Source of the DNA: a bacterium | Lineage (GTDB): Bacteria; SZUA-79; Acidulodesulfobacterales; Acidulodesulfobacteraceae | Direction of reading: 5' to 3' | Assembly (NCBI GenBank): GCA_021777135.1 | Contig: JAJYDX010000002.1 | Location: 28,084-92,083 of the forward strand | DNA length: 64,000 nt | Part shown: positions 9,541 through 18,818 of the stretch, piece after piece | How the letters are laid out: the number at the start of each line of letters is the position of its first letter | Numbering within the stretch: position 1 is the stretch's first letter | Notes under the pieces: model-generated | What the model was told of the DNA's origin: nothing | Databases searched by the model: none | What the model saw: the letters and a program-made list of their open reading frames with translations, nothing else | Made by a program: the position numbers and the translations under genes

Positions 9541-10326
9541 CTATTCGACGAAGTTTTTTAACTTTCCGATATTTTCTATTTCTATCTCAAAAATATCGCC
9601 TTTTTTTAAGCTCCCTACGCCGGAAGGAGTTCCGGTAGAAATTATATCGCCCGGGAAAAGGGTCATTATTCCGGAAATAAATTCCAATAATTCAAAAGGG
9701 TTAAAGATAAGATTTGAAGTATTGGACGACTGCTTTAATTCTCCGTTAAGCCAGCCTTGAATTTTTAAATTCGACGGATTTTCTATTTCCGTTTCTATAT
9801 AAGGACCAAAGGGAGCAAATGTATCAAAACCCTTGGCTCTGGTATATTGAACATCTTTCATCTGCAAATCTCTAGCCGTTACATCGTTTAGACAGGTATA
9901 GCCGAATATGTAATCGTCAGCCGTTTCTTTTTTTACGTTTTTTGCGGTTTTTCCTATGACTATAGCCAGTTCGGACTCATAATCCACCCTTTGCGAGGCA
10001 TCGGGTCTTATTATGGTTCCAAGATGCGGAATAACGCACGAGCTTGGTTTTATAAAAAGCAAGGGCTCTTCCGGCAGTTTTTTCTGCATTTCGGCGGCAT
10101 GGTCTTTATAGTTCAAGCCGACGGCGACTATTTTTGTGGGATTAACCGGAGGCAAAAATTCAAGTTCGTCCAATTCGTACTGTTTTCCGGTATATTGGTA
10201 TTTAAAATCTTCATGGTAGTCTAATTTTTCGATAATATTGACAAACGACTTGTCTTTATCGGTAGAAAGCGTCCCATAATATTCTTTCATCTCTCCAGAT
10301 TTATGCCTGAATTTTCCGAATTTCAT
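9541..10326 (-). CDS. fumarylacetoacetate hydrolase (FAH) family protein
   Basis: 261 aa. FAH-fold signatures are present: KIVAVGLNYKDHA, ESELAIVIGK, NDVTARDLQ, PGDIISTGTPSGVG. Confidence 0.8.
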   Translation of the reverse strand: MKFGKFRHKSGEMKEYYGTLSTDKDKSFVNIIEKLDYHEDFKYQYTGKQYELDELEFLPPVNPTKIVAVGLNYKDHAAEMQKKLPEEPLLFIKPSSCVIPHLGTIIRPDASQRVDYESELAIVIGKTAKNVKKETADDYIFGYTCLNDVTARDLQMKDVQYTRAKGFDTFAPFGPYIETEIENPSNLKIQGWLNGELKQSSNTSNLIFNPFELLEFISGIMTLFPGDIISTGTPSGVGSLKKGDIFEIEIENIGKLKNFVE

Positions 10327-10470
10327 TAATGCCGTCCTTAAATAAATGAACGTTTTATTTATGAATCCATGCCTTTATTTTAGCTTTATTATAAACTATT
10401 ATCCTGTATCCCGTCAAATTTTTAAGACGCACTGAATATTCCGCCGGCAATCTTGCGGATAGTTGTTTTC

Positions 10471-10499
10471 TTGACATTTCGATTAAATTATATTTAAAT
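10471..10499 (+). promoter_or_regulatory. putative sigma70-type promoter for uppP
   Basis: TTGACA (10471-10476), 17 nt, TTAAAT (10494-10499), about 50 nt upstream of the uppP ATG. It has the same hexamer pair and spacing as the hrcA promoter candidate. Confidence 0.3.
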
Positions 10500-10550
10500 T
10501 GATATCAAAAATAGCTGCGAAGTAAAAAAATCGCATAGGAGACGATATTA

Positions 10551-11396
10551 ATGATTCATCTTTCCCTATTTCATGCTTTAATTCTTGCAATTATTCAGGG
10601 CGTTACCGAGCTTTTTCCAGTTTCAAGCCTCGCCCACGGCGTTATAATACCGGATATTTTAGGATGGCAAATAAACAGGCAGTCTGAAGGTTTCCTGCCT
10701 TTTTTGGTAGTCCTTCATCTTGGAACCGCGCTTGCCCTTCTTGTATATTTTTACAAAGACTGGCTCAATTTATTTAAAGGATTTTTTGCCGGTTTAAAAA
10801 ATAAAAACCTTAACGCTAACGAAGATTCAAAAACTTTGTATCTGCTTGCGTTAGCCACTATTCCGGCGGGGCTAATAGGACTCCTGTTCGTCCATAAGCT
10901 TAAAAAACTGTTCGGCATTACGTCGATAGCCGGAGTCTTTCTTATGGCGAACGGCATAATACTGTATTTGGGAGAAAAGCGCAGAAGAAAACAAGGCATA
11001 TCGAAGATTTCAGATATGACTATCGCCGCCGCGCTTATTATAGGCGTATTCCAGTCTTTTGCCTTAATTCCGGGCATATCCCGCTCCGCCATAACTATGG
11101 TTGCCGCGCTTTACTTAGGCTTTAAGCACGAATATGCCGCAAGATTTTCTTTCCTTTTGGCAACGCCGATTATTCTTGCCGCGGGTCTACTTGAAGTGCC
11201 CAAGATGCTCAAACTGCATATGCTTCATTTCGACGCGGTTTCGATAATCAGCGGATTAGTTGCCGGCATAGCCGCATATCTTAGCGTTTACGCCTTAATG
11301 AAATATTTTAACAAATACGAAATAAACGCACTTTATCCTTTCGCTTTTTACTGCATAATTTTCGGCGCTTTCGTTCTGACCTACAGGTTTATTTAA
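10551..11396 (+). CDS. uppP: undecaprenyl-diphosphate phosphatase
   Basis: 281 aa polytopic membrane protein with the BacA/UppP motifs IIQGVTELFPVSSLAHG and PGISRSAITM. Confidence 0.9.
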   Translation: MIHLSLFHALILAIIQGVTELFPVSSLAHGVIIPDILGWQINRQSEGFLPFLVVLHLGTALALLVYFYKDWLNLFKGFFAGLKNKNLNANEDSKTLYLLALATIPAGLIGLLFVHKLKKLFGITSIAGVFLMANGIILYLGEKRRRKQGISKISDMTIAAALIIGVFQSFALIPGISRSAITMVAALYLGFKHEYAARFSFLLATPIILAAGLLEVPKMLKLHMLHFDAVSIISGLVAGIAAYLSVYALMKYFNKYEINALYPFAFYCIIFGAFVLTYRFI

Positions 11397-11465
11397 AAAA
11401 TTAATTTATATTTTAATTTATGATATAATAAAAATTTTAAAATCTTATTATTTTATATTATATTT

Positions 11466-12455
11466 ATGGAAGATTTTTTAGAGGATTTTGCAAAAAATAT
11501 TAAACTGGAAAAAAATCATTCTTCCAATACCGTTCTCGCGTACGTTTCAGACGTCAAGGCTTTTATTGCATACCTTGAAGAAGAAACGTCTGTAAATTCT
11601 ATTGAAGACGTTACGGAATTCGAGATTAAGGGATATTTAAGCAGGATTTATGAAAAAGTAAAAAAAACTAGCCTTGCAAGAAAAATAGAATCAATTAAAT
11701 CGTTTTTCGATTTTCTGGAAAAAAAACACATATTAAAACTAAATCCGGCTTTTTTGATAGACATACCCAAGACCGAAAGGAAGCTGCCTTTCTTTCTTAC
11801 GTCTAAGGAAGCCGATTTCTTATTGAATAATTATTTAGATTTAAAGTTAAAAAAAGATAAATTGGACGCGGTTGAAGGTTATCAGTCCGATAATTATAAT
11901 TCAATGCGGTTAGGAATGTCCGCCGAACCGTTAAAATATTTCGAGTCGCTTAGAAACGACCTTATCCTGGAATTTTTATACGGAAGCGGGTTGAGGGTCA
12001 GCGAGTTGGTTTCAGTTAAAAAAACGGACTTGGAGCTTGAAAAAGACGCCGGTTACGTCAGGATTTCAGGAAAAGGTTCTAAACAGCGGATTGTTCCGCT
12101 TACGGAAATTACCGCCAAAAAAATTAAGGCGTGGTCGGGTTATTTGTCCGCTATAGGTTTAATTTCAAAAGAAGGGTATATTATTATTAACAAAAAAGGA
12201 CTGCGTCTTACAAGAAGGACTGTCCACAGGATAGTTAAGGAATCAATGATAATAACGGGTCAGTTCAAGAATATTTCCCCGCACAGCTTAAGACATTCTT
12301 TCGCGACCAATCTTTTGGACAACGGAGCAGATTTAAGGTCTATTCAGGATATGCTCGGTCATTCTAATCTGGCGACTACTGAGAAATATACGCATTTAAG
12401 CATTAAAAAACTTATAGACGTTTACAATAAGGCGCATCCGCTGTCTGGAAAATAA
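11466..12455 (+). CDS. xerC: tyrosine recombinase XerC/XerD family
   Basis: 329 aa. The N-terminal SAM-like domain is present (NTVLAYVSDVKAFIAYL). The catalytic residues lie in GLRVSEL, HSLRHSFAT and LGHSNLATTEKYTH. The conserved xer-hslV-hslU synteny argues against a phage integrase. There is an extra segment of about 30 aa before the catalytic domain. Confidence 0.8.
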   Translation: MEDFLEDFAKNIKLEKNHSSNTVLAYVSDVKAFIAYLEEETSVNSIEDVTEFEIKGYLSRIYEKVKKTSLARKIESIKSFFDFLEKKHILKLNPAFLIDIPKTERKLPFFLTSKEADFLLNNYLDLKLKKDKLDAVEGYQSDNYNSMRLGMSAEPLKYFESLRNDLILEFLYGSGLRVSELVSVKKTDLELEKDAGYVRISGKGSKQRIVPLTEITAKKIKAWSGYLSAIGLISKEGYIIINKKGLRLTRRTVHRIVKESMIITGQFKNISPHSLRHSFATNLLDNGADLRSIQDMLGHSNLATTEKYTHLSIKKLIDVYNKAHPLSGK

Positions 12456-12536
12456 AACGGGCGGTAAATACCAAAAAGCGACAAACAAAAGCGGTTATAT
12501 ATTATACTGTTAATTAAATACGGGAGATATAAATTA

Positions 12537-13091
12537 ATGGATTACGGTAATGACGAAGGCATAAAACTTTTAGGGACGACTATAATAAGCGTCAGGCGCA
12601 AAGGACGGGTCGTGGTAGCCGGAGACGGTCAGGTTACACTCGGAAATACGATTATGAAACATAACGCAAGAAAAGTAAGGCGGCTTTATAACGACAAGGT
12701 AATAGCAGGGTTTGCGGGAGCGACCGCCGACGCTTTTACGCTTTTTGAAAAGATGGAAGAAAAACTTTCCAAATATAACGGCAGCGTTAAAAGGGCAAGT
12801 GTAGAACTTGCGAAAGACTGGCGGACCGATAAAATATTAAGGCGGCTGGAAGCAATGATGATAGTAGTCGATAAAACCGATTCTTTTGTTTTATCCGGTG
12901 CGGGCGACGTTATAGAACCAGACGAAGATGCCCTTTCAATCGGTTCGGGAGCTCCTTATGCACTGGCATGCGCGCTGGGACTTCTTGAAAAAACTGATTT
13001 GGGCGCAAAGGAAATAGCGGAATATTCCATGAAGACGGCAGCCCGCATATGTATTTATACTAACGAAAATATAATAATAGAGGAGATATAA
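12537..13091 (+). CDS. hslV: ATP-dependent protease subunit HslV, with a 13-residue N-terminal extension
   Basis: 184 aa. [38 protein letters not shown] matches the HslV N-terminus. The catalytic Thr is residue 14, preceded by [13 protein letters not shown]. Confidence 0.92.
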   Translation: MDYGNDEGIKLLGTTIISVRRKGRVVVAGDGQVTLGNTIMKHNARKVRRLYNDKVIAGFAGATADAFTLFEKMEEKLSKYNGSVKRASVELAKDWRTDKILRRLEAMMIVVDKTDSFVLSGAGDVIEPDEDALSIGSGAPYALACALGLLEKTDLGAKEIAEYSMKTAARICIYTNENIIIEEI

Positions 13092-13099
13092 TAATAAAT

Positions 13100-14527
13100 A
13101 TGGCAAATAAAACGTCAAGCGGCAATGTTAAAGCTAACGCGGCTGTTAACGCCGGTAAAATAGATTTTCTTACGCCTAAAGAAATAATCAAGGAGCTAGA
13201 TAAATACGTTATAGGACAGGATAAGGCTAAAAAATCCGTTGCCGTCGCGTTAAGGACGCGTTTCAGGAGAAATAACGTTCCGGAAGAAATAAGGGAAGAC
13301 ATAGTCCCTAAAAATATATTGTTAATAGGTCCTACCGGCGTCGGTAAAACGGAAATAGCAAGAAGAATCGCCAAGCTTTCCGATTCCCCGTTTATCAAGG
13401 TCGAGGCTTCAAAATTTACCGAAGTCGGCTATATGGGGCGCGACGTCGAATCAATGGTCAGAGACCTTGTCGAAACCGCTTTTATAAATGAAAAAACCAA
13501 AGAAACGGACCAGATTATAGATAAAGCCAAACAGAACGCCGAGGAACTGCTTTTGGACCTGCTTGTAGCGCCTCCGCCAAAAGCCCCTAAAAAAGGCTCA
13601 GGGAAGGGGTTAGAGGAAGGCACGGAAAAAAACAGTTATGCCAATACGCGTGAAAAATTCAGGAAAATGTTTTTAGAAGGAAAACTAGACGACAGGTTCG
13701 TCGAAATGGAAGTTAAATCATCGGCTAAACCTGCTATTCCCGTAATAGAAATATTTTCCCAATCCGGCATAGACGATATAGGGCAGGATTTTAAAGATAT
13801 ATTTTCAAATATTTTCCCCAAGCAGAAAAAAATAGAAAAGGTCAGGGTTTCCGAGGCTTACGAAATACTGGTCCGCGAAGAAAGCGAAAGGCTTGTTGAC
13901 AGCGATAAGGTCGTTCAGAACGCTATTCAAAAAGTCGAAAATTCCGGGCTTATATTCGTTGACGAAATAGATAAAATAGCTTCGAGGGAAAAGTCTTACG
14001 GTCCCGATGTTTCCAGAGAAGGCGTCCAGAGGGATTTATTACCGATAATAGAAGGCTCTAACGTTATGACAAAGTATGGAATAGTTAAAACCGACCATAT
14101 TTTATTTATCGCCGCGGGCGCTTTTCACGTTTCCAAGCCTTCGGATTTAATTCCGGAGCTTCAAGGAAGGTTTCCTATAAGGGTAGAAATGGATTCTTTA
14201 TCAAAAAAAGAATTCGTAAGAATATTAAAGGAACCTAAGGGCGCGTTAATTAAACAGTATTACGAGCTTCTTAAAACCGAAAACGTAAATTTAAACTTTG
14301 CGGACGACGGCATCGAAAGAATTGCCGAAATTGCGGAAGAAGTCAATCTTAAAACCGAGAATATCGGCGCGAGAAGGCTCCATACGATTTTAGAAAGGGT
14401 TATGGAGGACGTTTCCTTCGAGGCTCCTTACAAGACCGCTAAAAAAGTTTTAATAAATAAGGATTATATAGACGAAAGACTTAAAGATATAATTAAAGAC
14501 GAAGACCTTTCAAGGTATATACTTTAA
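13100..14527 (+). CDS. hslU: ATP-dependent protease ATPase subunit HslU
   Basis: 475 aa. Motifs present are LTPKEIIKELDKYVIGQDKAKKSVAVALRTRFRR, Walker A GPTGVGKTEIARR and Walker B IFVDEIDKI. The C-terminus is typical for HslU. Confidence 0.95.
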   Translation: MANKTSSGNVKANAAVNAGKIDFLTPKEIIKELDKYVIGQDKAKKSVAVALRTRFRRNNVPEEIREDIVPKNILLIGPTGVGKTEIARRIAKLSDSPFIKVEASKFTEVGYMGRDVESMVRDLVETAFINEKTKETDQIIDKAKQNAEELLLDLLVAPPPKAPKKGSGKGLEEGTEKNSYANTREKFRKMFLEGKLDDRFVEMEVKSSAKPAIPVIEIFSQSGIDDIGQDFKDIFSNIFPKQKKIEKVRVSEAYEILVREESERLVDSDKVVQNAIQKVENSGLIFVDEIDKIASREKSYGPDVSREGVQRDLLPIIEGSNVMTKYGIVKTDHILFIAAGAFHVSKPSDLIPELQGRFPIRVEMDSLSKKEFVRILKEPKGALIKQYYELLKTENVNLNFADDGIERIAEIAEEVNLKTENIGARRLHTILERVMEDVSFEAPYKTAKKVLINKDYIDERLKDIIKDEDLSRYIL

Positions 14528-15375
14528 TGGAAGAGTACATAAAAAAGGCTAAAGTTCTGCTGGAGGCGCTGCCTTATATCCAGAAGTTTGCTTCAAAAAC
14601 TTTCGTGATAAAATTCGGCGGTTCTATAGCAGCCGATAACGAATTAAAAGAGAGCTTTATTAAAGACATAATTCTTTTAAAGCTCATAGGAATAAATATA
14701 ATTATCGTTCACGGAGGCGGCAAGGAGATAGACGGTCTTTTAAAAAAATTAAACATAGGCGTAAATTTTCATGAAGGACAACGCATTACCGATGAAAATA
14801 CAATGAAAGTAGTCGAAATGGTTTTATCGGGAAAGATAAATAAAGACCTTGTCGCGCTAATAAATAAATTCGGCGGTCGCGCCTGCGGATTGTCCGGTAA
14901 AGACGGAAATCTTATAACTGCAAAAAAGCTGAAATCCGAAAAAGTAGACCTTGGCTTCGTCGGCGAAGTCAAGCACGTCGATAAAAAAATACTGCTTACG
15001 CTGGACCCTTCCTTTATTCCGGTTATAGCGCCGGTAAGCATGGACAACGAAGGCAGGACGCTTAATATTAACGCAGACCTTGTCGCGTCTTCGATAGCCG
15101 CGGAGCTGGAGGCTGAAAAACTTATAATTTTATCCGACCAGGACGGTCTTTTAAACGCTGACAACGAGCTTATATCTTCAGTTAAAACGGGAGATATAAA
15201 GAATATGATTAAAGAGGGAGTTATTTACGGAGGAATGATACCAAAAGCGAATTCCTGCATAGACGCGGTTAAGCTTGGCGTTAAAAAAGTCCATATAATA
15301 AACGGTTCTATCCCCCACGCCGTTTTATTGGAAATATTTACAAAAAAAGGCATAGGAACGCAGATTTCAAATTAA
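14527..15375 (+). CDS. argB: acetylglutamate kinase
   Basis: 282 aa. The sequence KTFVIKFGGS...IIIVHGGG...NINADLVAS is the ArgB amino-acid-kinase signature. The ATG overlaps the hslU stop (TAATG). Confidence 0.92.
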   Translation: MEEYIKKAKVLLEALPYIQKFASKTFVIKFGGSIAADNELKESFIKDIILLKLIGINIIIVHGGGKEIDGLLKKLNIGVNFHEGQRITDENTMKVVEMVLSGKINKDLVALINKFGGRACGLSGKDGNLITAKKLKSEKVDLGFVGEVKHVDKKILLTLDPSFIPVIAPVSMDNEGRTLNINADLVASSIAAELEAEKLIILSDQDGLLNADNELISSVKTGDIKNMIKEGVIYGGMIPKANSCIDAVKLGVKKVHIINGSIPHAVLLEIFTKKGIGTQISN

Positions 15376-15408
15376 TTATTTACGAATATTGATGGAAAGA
15401 GGCTCAAT

Positions 15409-16614
15409 ATGAACGCGAAAGAACTTACTAATAAATATATAATGAATACGTACGGCAGGTTCGACCTGACGCTGGTAAAAGGAGAAGGCTGCTTCCTTTA
15501 CGATGAAAACGGAAAGCGATATACTGATTTTGCTTCGGGGATTGCGGTAAATAACTTAGGATACGATAATCATGAGATAAATTCAGCCGTAACTAGCCAG
15601 ATAAAAAAATTAATTCACGTATCAAACTATTTTTATACCGAACCCCAGGCTCTTCTCGCGGAGAAACTGTGCGTAAATTCGTTTGCGGATAAGGTTTTTT
15701 TCTGCAACAGCGGAGCCGAAAGCGTCGAGGGCGCAATTAAGCTCTCCAGAATTTATGCCCAAAAATTTTCAAAAAGGGGATACGGCATAATAGCCATGCA
15801 AAATTCTTTTCACGGAAGAACTTTCGGCGCTCTTTCGGCAACCGGACAGGATAAGTACCATAAGGGGTTCGAGCCTATGCTCGACGGTTTTACGCATATA
15901 AAATTTAACGATTTCGACGCCTTGCGTAAATTAATTAAGGGTCCCGGAGGCAAAGATTATTGCGCCGTAATAGTAGAACCGGTGCAGGGAGAAGGCGGCG
16001 TCAATATCGCTGATAAAGAATACGTTAAATCGTTAAGGGATTTAACGGCGGAAAATGACGTGGTTTTAATCTTCGACGAAGTTCAAGTCGGTTTAGGAAG
16101 AACCGGAAAACTTTTTGCCTATATGAATTTTGACGTCGAACCGGATATTATGACTCTTGCAAAGCCTTTAGCGGGCGGGCTTCCCATAGGAGCCGTGCTT
16201 GCGAAAGAAAGCATAGCCAAGGCGTTTGAACCCGGCAACCATGCTTCTACTTTTGGAGGGGGACCAGTAATAACCGCCGCCGCCAATGCTTTTTTCGATG
16301 AAATAAACAAAAAAGGTTTTCTTGAAGAAGTTTTAAAAACAGGTGATTACATAAAATCCAAATTAGACGAATTAAAAATAGATTTTCCTGAATTCATAAA
16401 GGAAGTCAGAAGCATAGGGCTAATCGGCGCCATAGAGTTTTACGAGATTAAGGCGAAAGAGGTTTCGGTAGAATTGATAAACGAAGGTTTTTTAACTACT
16501 ACGGTTCAGGATAAAATTCTAAGGCTTACCCCGCCCTTAATTATCAAAAAAAACGACGTTGATTTATTAATAGAATCTTTAGTGAAGGTTTTTAACCGCA
16601 ATTATAATAAATAA
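15409..16614 (+). CDS. argD: acetylornithine aminotransferase
   Basis: 401 aa class-III aminotransferase. Motifs present are FCNSGAESVEGAIK, IFDEVQVGLGRTGK and the PLP-Lys region TLAKPLAGGLP. Confidence 0.9.
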   Translation: MNAKELTNKYIMNTYGRFDLTLVKGEGCFLYDENGKRYTDFASGIAVNNLGYDNHEINSAVTSQIKKLIHVSNYFYTEPQALLAEKLCVNSFADKVFFCNSGAESVEGAIKLSRIYAQKFSKRGYGIIAMQNSFHGRTFGALSATGQDKYHKGFEPMLDGFTHIKFNDFDALRKLIKGPGGKDYCAVIVEPVQGEGGVNIADKEYVKSLRDLTAENDVVLIFDEVQVGLGRTGKLFAYMNFDVEPDIMTLAKPLAGGLPIGAVLAKESIAKAFEPGNHASTFGGGPVITAAANAFFDEINKKGFLEEVLKTGDYIKSKLDELKIDFPEFIKEVRSIGLIGAIEFYEIKAKEVSVELINEGFLTTTVQDKILRLTPPLIIKKNDVDLLIESLVKVFNRNYNK

Positions 16615-16632
16615 TATATTTAAACTAATATC

Positions 16633-17598
16633 ATGAATCACGTAAGAAATTTTTTATCTGTTTACGATTTTACCGCCGACGAGATATATGGCACCCTTTT
16701 AAGGTCTGCCGTTTTAAAAGAGGAAAGGAAAGGAAGTCAAAACGCCTCCCTTGCCGGTAAAAAAATCGGTCTTATATTTGAAAAATCTTCCACCAGAACC
16801 AGAGTTTCTTTTGAAGTAGGCATAGTGGAATTAGGCGGGCATCCCGTTTTTATGTCGTCCAGAGACCTTCAGCTCGGACGCGGGGAGCCCGTAAAAGATA
16901 CCGCTATGGTCTTAAGCAGATATTTAGACGGGGTTATAATAAGGACGTTTGGACAGGAAAGAATAGAAACTTTTGCGCGTTATTTCGAAAAACCCGTTAT
17001 TAACGGGCTTACCGATTTATATCATCCGGCGCAGATATTGACCGATATATTTACGGTTTATGAGATTAAAAGGAAGCCGGAAGCGGAAGCCAAGCTTAAC
17101 GGCGCGCGTGCCTTAAATGATATTATCGAGGATACCCTTAAAAAAATAAAAATAGTTTATTTTGGCGACGCAAACAATATGGCAAATTCATGGGTCAGCC
17201 TTCAGGCTATGCTAGGCTTTGAACTTGTGCTTGCGATGCCGGAAGGTTTCGATATAGACGGGACGGTCAGGAATGAATCCGAAAAAAGAGGCGGCAAATT
17301 CCTTATTTCCCACGATAAGATTTCCGCGGCAAAAAATGCCGATGTCATTACGACCGATGTTTTTATAAGCATGGGTCAGGACGAGGAAAAAGAAAAAATA
17401 GATAAATTAAGACCGTTTATTATAGACGGGCATACCGTTGAAAATGCTAAAGATGACGTTATTTTTTTACACTGTCTTCCTGTCCACAGAAACGAAGAAG
17501 TAGCGGAAGATGTGTTCGACAGATTTTCTGCGGTAGTTTTTGAAGAGGCTGAAAACAGGCTTCACGTTCAGAAAGCTATAATGGAAAAAATTTTTTAA
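16633..17598 (+). CDS. argF: ornithine carbamoyltransferase
   Basis: 321 aa. Carbamoyl-phosphate motif SSTRTRVSFE, HPAQILTD, and ornithine-binding HCLPVHR. An insertion of about 18 aa lies at 17068-17151. Confidence 0.9.
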   Translation: MNHVRNFLSVYDFTADEIYGTLLRSAVLKEERKGSQNASLAGKKIGLIFEKSSTRTRVSFEVGIVELGGHPVFMSSRDLQLGRGEPVKDTAMVLSRYLDGVIIRTFGQERIETFARYFEKPVINGLTDLYHPAQILTDIFTVYEIKRKPEAEAKLNGARALNDIIEDTLKKIKIVYFGDANNMANSWVSLQAMLGFELVLAMPEGFDIDGTVRNESEKRGGKFLISHDKISAAKNADVITTDVFISMGQDEEKEKIDKLRPFIIDGHTVENAKDDVIFLHCLPVHRNEEVAEDVFDRFSAVVFEEAENRLHVQKAIMEKIF

Positions 17599-17630
17599 TA
17601 AAATAATAAGTTAAGGAGAATTTATTAGTT

Positions 17631-18818
17631 ATGGCGGAAAAAATTGTTTTGGCGTATTCAGGAGGGCTGGATACCTCAGTAATCTTAAAGTGGCTCATAA
17701 ATACTTATAAAGCTGACGTTATCGCATATTGCTGCGACGTAGGACAAAAAGAAGACCTTGCCGCCGTGAAGGAAAAAGCCTTGAAGACCGGCGCTGTTTC
17801 AGCGATAATCGAAGATATGCGGGACGAGTTCGCGACAAATTATATATTTCCGGTATTAAGAGGAAACGCGCTTTATGAAGGTTCTTATCTTTTGGGAACG
17901 TCTATAGCCAGACCTTTGATAGCAAAAAGGCAGATAGAAACAGCTTATGAAAACGGAGCAAAATACGTCGCGCACGGCGCTACGGGAAAGGGAAACGACC
18001 AGGTCAGATTCGAGCTTGCATACGCAGCAGTAAATCCTTCGATTAAAGTAATAGCTCCGTGGAGGGAATGGGACATAGTTTCAAGAAACGAGCTTATTAA
18101 ATATGCGGAAGATAACGGAATTTCCGTTCCTGTTACCAAGGAAAAACCATATTCAAGCGACAAGAACCTTTTTCATATAAGCTATGAGGGCGGCATACTG
18201 GAAGATTTAGAAAATGCTCCTGACGAATCCATGTTCGAGATTACTTCGTCGCCTCAAAATGCTCAGGATAAACCAGAGTCTATAGAAATAGAATATAATA
18301 ACGGAAACCCCGTATCTTTAAGCGGAAAAAAAATGACGCCCCTGCAAATCGTTGAAAACCTTAATTTAATTGCGGGCAGAAACGGTATTGGAAGGGCGGA
18401 TATAGTGGAAACGAGGATTACCGGAATGAAATCGAGGGGCGTTTATGAAACTCCGGCGGGTACTGTTTTAAGTTTTGCCCATAAGCTTATGGAGTCTATT
18501 ACTTTGACCGGAGAGGAAATAGAGCTTAAAAACAGCCTTGTGCCGCAATATTCAAAGTTAATATACGAAGGGAGCTGGTTCAGCCCCGAGTTAAAAGCAA
18601 TCCAAGCCCTTATAGACAGCACTCAGGTATCGGTCAACGGTAGAATAGGATTAGAGCTATATAAAGGCAACATGAAAGTTTTATACAGAAAATCGGAAGG
18701 AAGTCTTTATTCCAAGAATATCGTAACTTTTGAAGACGACAAGGGAGCATATTCCCAGAACGACGCGACAGGATTTATCCATTTAAAATCGCTGCGTTAT
18801 AAACTTAGGCATAAATAA
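17631..18818 (+). CDS. argG: argininosuccinate synthase
   Basis: 395 aa. Motifs present are AYSGGLDTS (ATP pyrophosphatase loop) and AHGATGKGNDQVRFE. Confidence 0.95.
   Translation: MAEKIVLAYSGGLDTSVILKWLINTYKADVIAYCCDVGQKEDLAAVKEKALKTGAVSAIIEDMRDEFATNYIFPVLRGNALYEGSYLLGTSIARPLIAKRQIETAYENGAKYVAHGATGKGNDQVRFELAYAAVNPSIKVIAPWREWDIVSRNELIKYAEDNGISVPVTKEKPYSSDKNLFHISYEGGILEDLENAPDESMFEITSSPQNAQDKPESIEIEYNNGNPVSLSGKKMTPLQIVENLNLIAGRNGIGRADIVETRITGMKSRGVYETPAGTVLSFAHKLMESITLTGEEIELKNSLVPQYSKLIYEGSWFSPELKAIQALIDSTQVSVNGRIGLELYKGNMKVLYRKSEGSLYSKNIVTFEDDKGAYSQNDATGFIHLKSLRYKLRHK

Noticed and set aside
10346-10435. 29-codon plus-strand mini-ORF (MNVLFMNPCLYFSF...) in the FAH-uppP divergent spacer
   Set aside because: It has no Shine-Dalgarno, lies in AT-rich promoter DNA, and offers no conservation evidence.
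11466-12455. Tyrosine recombinase as a marker of an integrated mobile element
   Set aside because: It sits in the conserved xerC-hslV-hslU arrangement and has Xer-type N- and C-terminal motifs. There are no flanking att-like repeats, phage genes or adjacent tRNA, so it is a chromosomal dimer-resolution recombinase.
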